Assembly: GCA_963793895.1 (NCBI GenBank)
Contig: CAWCBV010000004.1
Span: 304,704-368,703 of the forward strand
Length of the DNA: 64,000 nucleotides
DNA from: an uncultured Gammaproteobacteria bacterium
GTDB taxonomy: Bacteria > Pseudomonadota > Gammaproteobacteria > Steroidobacterales > Steroidobacteraceae
Direction of reading: 5' to 3'
Shown here piece by piece: positions 45,882 through 54,313 of this stretch (its first letter is position 1; each line of letters begins with the position of its first letter). The translations under genes and the position numbers were made by a program. Below the pieces are notes generated by a model. The model ran no database searches. It was not told the DNA's origin and saw only the letters and a program-made list of their open reading frames with translations.

Positions 45882-46065
45882 CGCACGAGGGGCGGCAGCT
45901 ATCGGTGTGCGGGAGTTTTGCGGGGATCGGTCGTGCTCGGTTGTGCCTCGTCCTGCCAATTGCAACGGGCGCTCCTCGGCAAGTTGTTGAAATTACACGC
46001 TACCTTTTTCGTCGACCGCATTCATAATGCCGGGGTCGAGGGTTCGAGTCCCTCCCTTTCCACCA
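45882..46065 (+). repeat. Conserved arm plus tRNA-Met 3'-half repeat (att copy 2)
   Basis: 46022-46065 is identical to the last 44 nt of the tRNA. The upstream arm of about 100 nt is shared with 47470-47582, 48683-48781 and 57108-57221. Confidence 0.85.
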
Positions 46066-46324
46066 ATCAAATCAGCGTGTCGGACATCGGCCCCAAACTG
46101 CCGACTCGCCGTAAGCGCATGGTAAGCGCAGAAACTCGAACTTCTCCGTTCTCGATCGGGAAATCCAGGTGTTTTCGATTGCGCTGATAAGCGCACGCCA
46201 AAATGCTGCTGAGGTCTTGAGACCACCTTAGTAGTCCTGTGACAGGTTGCTGCCGAAAGCCTTCTCGTCGGGGTTCTCTTCCGCGTAGTGAAGAGCCAGG
46301 CGGCCGACCGCGAGATCGACGACT

Positions 46325-46840
46325 TCAAGACCGTCCCACGCTCGCGCCCAGGGTGACGAGAAGCTCGTCCAGTTGCTCGAACGTCTCTCCCATCGCATCC
46401 GCCGCCCCGGTGCCGGCGGCGTCGAGAGCTTCCTTCGAGGGATACAGCTCGTGCATGACCAGCAACGTCTTGCCGCCTTTTTCCGCGAAGGTCACCGTCG
46501 TGACGGAACCCTCGTCACTTTCCTCATTGGTCCAGACGAGGCGCGAGTGCGGTGTTACTTCCTTGTACGTGCCGAAGAACGCCGCTTGTGAGTCCCCATG
46601 TGCGAACTCCAAACGGTACCTGCCCCCGACACGAACATCCATTTCGCAGGAAAGCAGGGACATTCCCATCGACTTCGGCACCCACCACTGCCTGAACAGC
46701 TCGGGCTTGGTCCACGCCTGGAACACGAGGCGCGCCGGGCCGTTGAAAGTTCGCGTGACGACGAGCTCACGCTCGGACTTCCGCTCCACCGTCGTGCGGT
46801 TCTTCATGGAGGTAGGATCACCCTCTCTTCTTGCGTCCAT
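46325..46840 (-). CDS. SRPBCC-superfamily (AHSA1/Aha1-like) protein
   Basis: 171 aa. Contains LVVTRTFNGPARLVFQAWTKPELFRQWW...RLVWT, the AHSA1-domain pattern. An AAGGAGA RBS sits 6 nt before the ATG at 46840, which overlaps the arsR-like 3' end. Confidence 0.8.
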   Translation of the reverse strand: MDARREGDPTSMKNRTTVERKSERELVVTRTFNGPARLVFQAWTKPELFRQWWVPKSMGMSLLSCEMDVRVGGRYRLEFAHGDSQAAFFGTYKEVTPHSRLVWTNEESDEGSVTTVTFAEKGGKTLLVMHELYPSKEALDAAGTGAADAMGETFEQLDELLVTLGASVGRS

Positions 46841-47183
46841 CGACCTTCTCCTTTCGTTTCAGTTCCTCGACAACCCTTCCCAGCTCGTCGAAGCGTGCGT
46901 CCCAGAGCTGGCGGTACCTCTCGATCCATGCCGCCTCTTCCTCCAGTCGGCGCAGGCCGAGCTTGCAGGTTCGCACGCGTCCGACCTTCTCCGTGGTGAC
47001 GAGCCCCGCCTGCTCCAGGACGCCGACATGCTTCTTCATGCCAGTGAGGGTCATGTGGAACTTCCCGGCAAGGTCCGTGATCGAGGCGTCTGCACGGCCG
47101 AGCTGCTCCAGAACGCCGCGTCGGGTGGCGTCCGAGAGCGCGGCGAACGAGGCATCGAAGCGGGTCCGGATATACTGAACCAT
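46818..47183 (-). CDS. ArsR/SmtB-family transcriptional regulator
   Basis: The wHTH is ALSDATRRGVLEQLGRADASITDLAGKFHMTLTGMKKHVGVLEQAGLV. The ATG at 47183 is preferred over the TTG at 47267 and lies in the centre of a 24-bp perfect palindrome. Confidence 0.8.
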   Translation of the reverse strand: MVQYIRTRFDASFAALSDATRRGVLEQLGRADASITDLAGKFHMTLTGMKKHVGVLEQAGLVTTEKVGRVRTCKLGLRRLEEEAAWIERYRQLWDARFDELGRVVEELKRKEKVDGRKKRG

Positions 47184-47195
47184 ATGGTTCAGTAT
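47172..47195. promoter_or_regulatory. 24-bp perfect palindrome ATACTGAACCATATGGTTCAGTAT (candidate ArsR/SmtB operator)
   Basis: The sequence is perfectly self-complementary. The TGAAC/GTTCA arms resemble known ArsR/SmtB operators. It is centred on the regulator's start codon. Confidence 0.6.
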
Positions 47196-47469
47196 GTAAC
47201 ACACGGATTGGCAGTAAGCAAGGGGAGGCCGAGCGCGCGCTGCGTTGCCGGCCGCCTTCACTCCCAAATCGACTTCATTTCGATGCAGATGCGATCGACT
47301 CGGCGATCCCCAGGCCGAACAGCGGGGAGAACGGCGATGAGGAGATGGGACCGGTCAGGGACGAGTATGGTGACGAGTACCGGGGGCGCGGCGTGAGTGC
47401 GCGCGACCATCGCATACAGAGTGGCGCGCACCGGGACTCACGATCAGAAGGTCGCGACTTCGGAGGTCT

Positions 47470-47627
47470 GAGGAGATTTGCGGGAATCAGTTGTGCTCAG
47501 TGGTGCTTCGTGGTGCCAAATTGCAACGGGCACCCCTCGGCAAGTTATTGAATTTACAGATTACCTTGAGCCAACAACCGCGCTCATAATGCCGGGGTCG
47601 AGGGTTCGAGTCCCTCCCTTTCCACCA
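47470..47627 (+). repeat. Conserved arm plus tRNA-Met 3'-half repeat (att copy 3)
   Basis: 47583-47627 is identical to the last 45 nt of the tRNA. The arm is shared with the other copies, with a 1-nt indel (gccaaattgc versus gccaattgc). Confidence 0.85.
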
Positions 47628-47923
47628 ATGACTTACGCGCACTTTCGATCACGCGCCACAAAGTTTGCTGCGGACGGCAGAGCCCATGCGTCCATGCAGT
47701 ACTCAATGATAGTTGGACCAGGGCAGAACCGGTGGCGCACATGGCGATCCATCGTCATGCGTGGCGCCTCGAGTGGATGCTATTCGGCTTGCGGTACGAT
47801 TTCCCCTATGTACGCTATCGCACAGACGGTGACGGCGCGGAGAGTTACTCGATAGGCGGAGCGGCGGACGAGACACTGAATCCCACTCGTTCGCGCTGAC
47901 GTTTCAAATAAGGAGAAGTTACC

Positions 47924-48070
47924 ATGCTCTACACGATTGCAGTCATCCTGGTTGTCCTTTGGCTTCTCGGTCTTGTCAGCTCCTACACCATGGGCGGCTT
48001 CATTCACGTCCTCCTGGTGGTCGCGCTCGTGGTGATCGTGATTCAAGTGATTCAAGGTCGACGCGGATAA
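47924..48070 (+). CDS. lmo0937-family small membrane protein (48 aa)
   Basis: This is below the ORF-track size cut-off. An AAGGAG RBS sits 8 nt upstream. The product is MLYTIAVILVVLWLLGLVSSYTMGGFIHVLLVVALVVIVIQVIQGRRG, the typical family pattern. Confidence 0.75.
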   Translation: MLYTIAVILVVLWLLGLVSSYTMGGFIHVLLVVALVVIVIQVIQGRRG

Positions 48071-48123
48071 CGACCCTGTGCCCGTGGTGGGGATCCGGTT
48101 GTCTCATTGACAGGAGAAGCGAC

Positions 48124-48345
48124 ATGAGCGCGATCAAGATCGCGGCGGCAGTGCTGATTGTGGCCGGCGTCCTGGGCTTGGTGTACGGCAGTTTTAGCTA
48201 CACCAAGGAGACCCAGCACGTCACACTAGGACCGATCGACCTGTCGGTGAAGGACAGAGAAACGATCAACGTGCCGGTTTGGGCCGGCGTAGGCGCGATA
48301 TTGGTTGGCGGCGTGCTCCTGCTCTTGGGAAAGGGAAAACGCTAG
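48124..48345 (+). CDS. DUF3185-like two-TM small membrane protein (73 aa)
   Basis: The internal ATG at 48124 has an AGGAGA RBS. The product is MSAIKIAAAVLIVAGVLGLVYGSFSYTKETQHVTLGPIDLSVKDRETINVPVWAGVGAILVGGVLLLLGKGKR. Confidence 0.65.
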   Translation: MSAIKIAAAVLIVAGVLGLVYGSFSYTKETQHVTLGPIDLSVKDRETINVPVWAGVGAILVGGVLLLLGKGKR

Positions 48346-48407
48346 TTCCTCAACGCGGGACGGGCGTTCGCGGCGCGGCTTGACGAGAGAGATCGCACAG
48401 GAGTCGA

Positions 48408-48680
48408 ATGATTGCGATGGACGTTGACAGAGCAATGAAGAATCCCGCCAACGTCTTTGACACGCCAGAGGCGTTGAGTGCATCGACAGAGCTGACCACT
48501 GAGCAGAAGCTCGCGCTCTTGTTGCAATGGAAAGACCAGTTGCTGCAATTTCAAGCTGCAGACGACGAGGGTATGCGCAGAAGTGAAGGGGCTGCGGGCG
48601 TTACAACCGACGTTTTGGGGCGGGTGATTAGTTCTATTTCTCGGCTCGATCCTGACTTGAAACAGACGTCGCAGCCCTGA
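48408..48680 (+). CDS. Hypothetical 90-aa protein
   Basis: An AGGAG RBS is present. The C-terminal 55 aa are conserved in the degraded duplicate at 45613-45783. No family is recognised. Confidence 0.45.
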   Translation: MIAMDVDRAMKNPANVFDTPEALSASTELTTEQKLALLLQWKDQLLQFQAADDEGMRRSEGAAGVTTDVLGRVISSISRLDPDLKQTSQP

Positions 48681-48682
48681 CC

Positions 48683-48811
48683 GCACGAAGGGCGGTAGCT
48701 ATCGGTGTGCGGGAGTTTTGCGGGAATCGGTCGTGCTCGGTTGTGCCTCGTCCTGCCAATTGCAACGGGCGCTCCTCGGCATCGAGGGTTCGAGTCCCTC
48801 TCTTTCCACCA
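48683..48811 (+). repeat. Conserved arm fused to a shortened tRNA-Met 3' repeat (att copy 4)
   Basis: The arm is nearly identical to 45882-45980. A clean deletion of about 60 nt joins it to the tRNA T-arm-to-CCA segment at 48782-48811, which has 1 mismatch. Confidence 0.8.
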
Positions 48812-48946
48812 GTTAATCAATTAGTTATGGTGATTTTGTGCCTGGATGCGCTCTGGCATGGCTTGGCAAGTCCATAGCAAGTCCACAGGGCAAGGAAACC
48901 GGATCGCAGAGGGCGCCATCGATACGAAAGCCCGTCGGGCCACAAC

Positions 48947-50059
48947 TTGCACAGGTCCACCTTTCGGATGCGGGGGCAGGGCGTGAATAACAAAACATCA
49001 CCGGCGGGTTGGCGCGTTTGGCTCTTAGCGATTGGTGTTCTATGGCTCGCCACGACTGTTGTTATTTGGTGGCGTCACGACTGGTATGCCCCCGGCACTG
49101 ATTCGACTACGGTCGCTGGTGCTATCGGATACTCGGCCGCATACGCCGCGATGGGGTTGCTAGGCAATGCACTGCTTGTTGCCGGCTTGATGTACGCGCC
49201 GCGCGCGTGGCGTGGCGTGCGCAAACTCCTGCCGCGCTACTTCCAGTTTTCCGCGAGCCGCCCCGATGCAGCGGCACGCAGCATGGGCGGCGCCTCAACT
49301 GCACCGTTAGGTGTCCAGGACACCTTATCGTGGTGTCTTGGGCAGGGGATTCACACGACGCGTTTGATTGGCCTGGCTCCACTCGAACAGTATGAAACTC
49401 ACGGCCTTTCCAGTCCGATTTCAATCTGGCCGTCTTGGAAGATGCATCTGCTTGTTTGGGGCGGCGGACCTCTTCTATTCTTTGCCAGTGTCGCTGCTCT
49501 GCTGGGCGCCAATGGTCTGAAGGCGAGATTCCTGGGCGGATTTGGCATTGTATTCTTTGGCTTTGCCTTGATCCTGTTTGCCAGCGCGTTGATACGGGGA
49601 CGCACCAAAGGCCTCGTTGAGTTCTCAACGCGCGGAATGTGGATTTCAACCCTGGGAATCACGTTGCCATGGCGCTCAATCGGACCGGCCTGGGTCAATA
49701 CAACCAAAAAGACGGACGAGGTCGTTTTTATCGTTCGGGACATTGACACATATGCCAAGAATCTCGACCCGTTGGCTGCACTTCATCTTCGTCTACTAAA
49801 GCGTACTCTCGATGTTGGAAAAGGTGGTCTGATCGACTTCGGAGTAAAGCGTGTGCTTCAGGCTGCAGGTGCAGGCGGCGAATTTAAGAAAATACAAGAG
49901 CAGCTGGAATATGCGCGAACGCAAGCAGCATCGGATTCATCTGCGATTTTGCTAAACATCCCCGCGCCATTTAGGATTGGAATCGCTCCGCAATCGCTTG
50001 TGGCAATGCTAAATGCGGAATACGCGAAGCATACAACCGCCCTTCGCACGGATGCCTAA
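48947..50059 (+). CDS. Hypothetical polytopic membrane protein with a soluble C-terminal domain
   Basis: 370 aa from a TTG start; in-frame ATG at 48968 and GTG at 48983 are alternatives. It has several TM segments. G+C is lower than in the core. No family is recognised. Confidence 0.5.
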   Translation: MHRSTFRMRGQGVNNKTSPAGWRVWLLAIGVLWLATTVVIWWRHDWYAPGTDSTTVAGAIGYSAAYAAMGLLGNALLVAGLMYAPRAWRGVRKLLPRYFQFSASRPDAAARSMGGASTAPLGVQDTLSWCLGQGIHTTRLIGLAPLEQYETHGLSSPISIWPSWKMHLLVWGGGPLLFFASVAALLGANGLKARFLGGFGIVFFGFALILFASALIRGRTKGLVEFSTRGMWISTLGITLPWRSIGPAWVNTTKKTDEVVFIVRDIDTYAKNLDPLAALHLRLLKRTLDVGKGGLIDFGVKRVLQAAGAGGEFKKIQEQLEYARTQAASDSSAILLNIPAPFRIGIAPQSLVAMLNAEYAKHTTALRTDA

Positions 50060-50077
50060 CCCTGCGTTCAAGCTACG

Positions 50078-50773
50078 ATGAAGGTCCAGCGGGCTGCAGT
50101 CGCCGACGCGCTCTCTCAGAGCCGGCTCGCCCGGCTGCCGGCGGATGTTACGGCCGCGCTCATCGAAGAGGCGGTGCTGGTCGACGTACCTGCCGGAGGC
50201 GTTCCAATCCGGCAGGGCCACGACGCCTGGGCGGGGTTACTCGTTAGCGGTCTACTGCGAGCTTTTCATACCACCGTCGATGGCCGGCAGGTCACGGTGC
50301 GCTACGCTCGGACCGGCGAGTTGCTCGCCATCAACACATTGTATGTGCCGCGCGCGGGCGCACTGGGCGTCCAGGCACTGACGGCCTGCCGCATTCTGAT
50401 GATGCGACCCGCAACTGCACGCTCAATCGCCGAGCGCGACCCCCGAGTCGCCAACCTGTTTGCGGAGGAGATCGCGTATCGCTTACTCATGATTGTGAAT
50501 GAGCTGGCCGGCAACACTTTTGGCACCATGCGCCAGCGTGTGGTGCGTCATCTGCTCGACATCGCCGCCGGTGCGTCCGGTCAGAGTCTACCGCTGGTTG
50601 CGCGGCTCACCCAGCAGGCGCTCGCCGACGACGTCGGCTCTGTTCGCGAAGTGGTGGTACGGCTGCTGCGCGAGCTGCGCGACGAAGGACTCATCCGCAC
50701 AGGACGTGACGAGATTGAGATCCTCGACCCGGATCGCCTGCACGCGGAGACGTTTCCGCGCGGGGAGTATTGA
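50078..50773 (+). CDS. Crp/Fnr-family transcriptional regulator
   Basis: 231 aa with a cNMP-binding-like beta-roll and a C-terminal HTH (LTQQALADDVGSVREVVVRLLRELRDEGLI). Confidence 0.8.
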   Translation: MKVQRAAVADALSQSRLARLPADVTAALIEEAVLVDVPAGGVPIRQGHDAWAGLLVSGLLRAFHTTVDGRQVTVRYARTGELLAINTLYVPRAGALGVQALTACRILMMRPATARSIAERDPRVANLFAEEIAYRLLMIVNELAGNTFGTMRQRVVRHLLDIAAGASGQSLPLVARLTQQALADDVGSVREVVVRLLRELRDEGLIRTGRDEIEILDPDRLHAETFPRGEY

Positions 50774-50795
50774 AGGGGCCGCCGCCCAGCCGTCG

Positions 50796-50809
50796 GGAAC
50801 AATTGTTCC
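50796..50809. promoter_or_regulatory. 14-bp perfect palindrome GGAACAATTGTTCC between the Crp-like gene and the oxidase gene
   Basis: The sequence is perfectly self-complementary. It shares GAACA/TGTTC half-sites with the palindromes at 58060-58096. Confidence 0.4.
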
Positions 50810-50883
50810 TCACCGCTGGCGCATCGGTCGCTGAAGCACACTCCGGCCTCGGCTAAAGTGGCCTCGCAAACCCCGGAGGCCCG

Positions 50884-52218
50884 ATGGAACTCATCGAACC
50901 CACGCACGCCGAGTACGACCGTGCCCGCAGAGTCTGGAATGGCGCCATTGACCGCCAGCCCGTGGCGATTGCCCGTGTAGCGAACGGCCGCGAGATCGCC
51001 ACGCTCCTGCGCCAAGCGCGTTCGACCGGCCAGAGCGTGACCGTGCGCGGTGGCGGCCACAGCGCCCCCGGCCACAGTGTTGCCGACGGAGCGTTGCTCA
51101 TCGACCTGTGCCGGATGGCCTCGGTCCAGGTGGATGCGGAGCGCGCTGTCGCGCGCGTGGGCGGGGGCTGCCTCTGGTCGCACGTTGACGCCGCGACGGC
51201 AGCGCACGGCCTTGCCACCACCGGCGGCCTCGTGTCGCACACCGGCGTGGGCGGCCTCACGCTCGGCGGTGGCATCGGCTGGCTGATGCGCAAGTACGGC
51301 CTGACCATCGACAACCTGCTGTCGGCCGAGGTCGTGCTCGCCGACGGCACACCGGTGCGCGCCAGCGAACTGGAGCACCCGGATCTATTCTGGGCGTTGC
51401 GCGGCGGAGGCGGGAACTTTGGCGTCGTCACCGAGTTCGAGTTTCGTCTACATCCCGTGCGCACGGTCATCGCGGGCATGCTCCTCTACCCGGCCAGCCG
51501 TGCCAACGCAATCCTAAGGTTCTATCGTGAGTTCACGGCAACGGCGCCGGACGAGCTCACCACGGTCTTCGCGTTTCTGACCGCGCCGCCTGCCCCGTTT
51601 GTTCCCGCTCCGCTGCAGGGCACGCCGGTCGTCGCGATCGTCGCCTGCTGGGCGGGGGATCTCGAGCGCGGTGCGGCGGCGCTGCGGCCCCTGCACACTT
51701 ATGGCCCGCCGGCCGTCGACCTGCTCGGCGAGATGCCGTACGTCGCGTTGCAGTCCATGCTCGACCCCGGCGCGCCTCATGGCCTGCACTACCACATGAA
51801 GTCGGCCAACTTCGCTGACCTGAGTGACGCAGCGATCGACGACATCGTGGCGGGCGCCGCACGCATGGCGTCGCCGCTGAGCCAGTTGCACCTCCATCAT
51901 CTTGGCGGCGCGATATCGCGCGTGGCCGCCGATGCGACCGCGTACGCGAATCGTGCCGCTGCCTACATCCTCAACGTCATCCCGTCGTGGTCCGACCCCG
52001 CCGATAGCGCGACCAATGTGGATTGGGCGCGCGCGACGTTTGACCGGGCTGCGGTGCATTCGAACGGGTCGGTATACGTGAACTTCCTCGGCGACGAGGG
52101 TCAGGACCGCGTCAAAGCGGCGTTCGGGGCGGACAAGTACGCGCGCCTCGCGAAGATCAAGCGCCAGTACGACCCCGACAACGTGTTTCGCTACAACCAG
52201 AATATTCGACCCGCGTAA
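50884..52218 (+). CDS. FAD-binding (PCMH-type) oxidoreductase with a BBE-like C-terminus
   Basis: 444 aa. Contains VRGGGHS, the FAD_binding_4 pattern, and the C-terminal YDPDNVFRYNQNIRP berberine-bridge-like motif. Confidence 0.85.
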   Translation: MELIEPTHAEYDRARRVWNGAIDRQPVAIARVANGREIATLLRQARSTGQSVTVRGGGHSAPGHSVADGALLIDLCRMASVQVDAERAVARVGGGCLWSHVDAATAAHGLATTGGLVSHTGVGGLTLGGGIGWLMRKYGLTIDNLLSAEVVLADGTPVRASELEHPDLFWALRGGGGNFGVVTEFEFRLHPVRTVIAGMLLYPASRANAILRFYREFTATAPDELTTVFAFLTAPPAPFVPAPLQGTPVVAIVACWAGDLERGAAALRPLHTYGPPAVDLLGEMPYVALQSMLDPGAPHGLHYHMKSANFADLSDAAIDDIVAGAARMASPLSQLHLHHLGGAISRVAADATAYANRAAAYILNVIPSWSDPADSATNVDWARATFDRAAVHSNGSVYVNFLGDEGQDRVKAAFGADKYARLAKIKRQYDPDNVFRYNQNIRPA

Positions 52219-52313
52219 TCGAACGGCGGCGCAGCAAGAAAACAGTCGCGTTACGGCATCTCGGTCGCGGCGCCGATTTCCGCAGCCGCGCGAGACGAAA
52301 AAGGAAGCAAATC

Positions 52314-52856
52314 ATGAAGCATAAGTTCATCGGGGCTGCAGTAGCGGCGGCGTTCGGCGTGACCGGAATTTCGGCGCACGCAGGCTGTACAGACCCAAGG
52401 GAATCAGCCCAACAGGGGTCCTTTCACAAGACTTCCCGTCTGTTGCTTGAGAATTCGATCGCAGGGAGAGGTTCGCAGAACGCAAGCGCCGCCGACAATA
52501 TCGTCGGCACCTGGCACGTGACCTACACCACCGAAGGATCCCCGGGCGGGGAGGCTTTCATTCAGTGGCACAACGACGGCACCGAGTTTGAGAACATCAA
52601 CTTTCCCATCCTGGGCGGAAACATCTGCATGGGTTCATGGAAACCCGTCGATAGAACGCATGTCTTTCGGTCCCACATCGGCTGGCTCTATACGAACGGA
52701 CTCCTGTCCGGATACTTCACCGAGACTGAGACCGATGAAGTTGCGCACCACGGTAACTCGTATAGCGGAATCAACGACACCAAGATCTACGATCTCGACG
52801 GCAACCTACAAGTCGAATTGGCGGGCACGGCGGTAGCTACGCGCATCCCGCCTTAG
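52314..52856 (+). CDS. Secreted hypothetical protein
   Basis: 180 aa with signal peptide MKHKFIGAAVAAAFGVTGISAHA and an AAGGAAG RBS. No family is recognised. Confidence 0.55.
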   Translation: MKHKFIGAAVAAAFGVTGISAHAGCTDPRESAQQGSFHKTSRLLLENSIAGRGSQNASAADNIVGTWHVTYTTEGSPGGEAFIQWHNDGTEFENINFPILGGNICMGSWKPVDRTHVFRSHIGWLYTNGLLSGYFTETETDEVAHHGNSYSGINDTKIYDLDGNLQVELAGTAVATRIPP

Positions 52857-52907
52857 GTGTCGTTTGTCGTGCGGCCGGTCGTGCTATCGAGGAGAGTTTT
52901 GCGTGGC

Positions 52908-52944
52908 AAGGGGTCCGGATTGGTGCTCACAATCTGGACCCCTT
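52908..52944. terminator. Long hairpin between convergent genes
   Basis: A 14-bp stem, aaggggtccggatt / aatctggacccctt, with one G-U pair and a 9-nt loop. There is no clear U-tract on either strand, so terminator function is tentative. Confidence 0.4.
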
Positions 52945-52987
52945 GAAATGAGCCTTGGCACGCCTGTCGCCACGCTAGCGCAAGCCG

Positions 52988-53356
52988 CTAGCGATTCTGG
53001 GACACAAGAGCTGTGGGCAGCGGCGTTTTGTTCTTCGCGTTGAATACGGCGGACAACGCGGGCTGGTTTACCCTAGTCACTCCGTTTGCGATTGCATCAT
53101 GCACGCAGCGAGCTTCATCCGCGTCCGTCTTGAACCAATAGTACGAGCATGCGCCCTGGGCCGCCGCTCGGATGCGCTCGTAGAGCACAAGCGCGCCGGA
53201 CGGGTTCGATATCTTGAGATCCGCAAATTTCACGGTAACGCTGACGGAGCTGCTGGGGTCAGCAGCTGAAACGGCGCTGAAGCTCGAGGCAAGAGCGCTG
53301 AAGATCGCGGTAGCGATAAGGCCCCGAAGGCCGGTGGAGGGGGTCGATGTGTTCAT
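52988..53356 (-). CDS. UrcA-family secreted protein
   Basis: 122 aa with a signal peptide. VKFADLKISNPSGALVLYERIRAAAQGAC...C is the typical UrcA pattern. Confidence 0.7.
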   Translation of the reverse strand: MNTSTPSTGLRGLIATAIFSALASSFSAVSAADPSSSVSVTVKFADLKISNPSGALVLYERIRAAAQGACSYYWFKTDADEARCVHDAIANGVTRVNQPALSAVFNAKNKTPLPTALVSQNR

Positions 53357-53710
53357 GGTCGTCTCCTGGATTGTCGATTGGGCGATAGAGCCGGGGTCGT
53401 TAGGAAGCGGTCCCGCGTCGGTATCCCTTGGATGCCACGCTGAACTTTTGCTGCCTTACCCAAACAGACACGGTCCGTGGATCAAACCCGACATCGGGGG
53501 CGGAAATTTGCGGACGCGGGCCATTTCCAAGTCCGAGCGGGGCTCAGTTCGGACTCATTCCCCTCTCGAAACAGGGGGTTGCCGAGGCCTGGGGGCGGGC
53601 GCGCAATCCTCGCCCTGCCGGGGCGAGTAGTTCGCCGCCATCGCCCATGCGGGCACCGTCAAGTTGGCTAATATCGGACCCGTGCACGTGGCAAGACACT
53701 GGATCAGTAA

Positions 53711-54262
53711 GTGACTCAGCTCACCGCGCTAATAGGCCGCATTCAAGCGGGCGACACTGCGGCGCGCGATGCGCTGTTTGCGGCCGCGTATGACGAGCTG
53801 CACCGGCTGGCACGAGCTCGGTTGCGAGACGGAGGACGCAGCACGATGCTCGACACCACCGCACTCGTACATGAGTCGTACCTGCGGTTCGTGCGTGCGG
53901 GGGAGCTCCGTGCCGAGGACCGCCGGGCGTTCTTTGCGTACGCTTCGCAGGTGATGCGATCAGTGATCGTCAACAGCGTGCGCGAGCGCATCGCGCAGAA
54001 GAGGGGTGGTGACTGGCTGCCGTTGAAGCTATCAACCGAGCTCGCAGCCAGTATCCCCGACCGCGAAGACGAGGTATTACGAGTGCACGAGGCGCTGGAA
54101 CTCCTGGAGAAGGCTGACCCTCGATTGGCGCAGGTGGCGCAGATGCGCTACTTTGGCGGTTACAGCGAGCAGGAAATTGCTGAAACGCTGGACGTCACCG
54201 AACGCACTGTCCAACGCGACTGGGAGAAAGCGCGGCTGATCCTCGCGGCAGCGCTGCGGTGA
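53711..54262 (+). CDS. ECF-type sigma-70 family factor of the Ser/Thr-kinase-linked class
   Basis: 183 aa from a GTG start. Contains LIGRIQAGDTAARDALFAAAYDELHRLARARL...TALVHESYLR...KRGG...MRYFGGYSEQEIAETLDVTERTVQRDWEKAR. This matches the ECF family that lacks an anti-sigma partner and sits next to a kinase. Confidence 0.85.
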   Translation: MTQLTALIGRIQAGDTAARDALFAAAYDELHRLARARLRDGGRSTMLDTTALVHESYLRFVRAGELRAEDRRAFFAYASQVMRSVIVNSVRERIAQKRGGDWLPLKLSTELAASIPDREDEVLRVHEALELLEKADPRLAQVAQMRYFGGYSEQEIAETLDVTERTVQRDWEKARLILAAALR

Positions 54263-54313
54263 GCCATCACGACTGACCGTACGCGGGCCACCTGCCTGTC
54301 GCCTCAAAGATCG

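Noticed and set aside
46239-47396. 385-aa plus-strand ORF spanning a whole cassette
   Set aside because: It is antisense to the SRPBCC and ArsR-family genes. Both of those have clear family signatures and RBS sequences. The plus-strand product is Ser/Arg-rich with no motif.
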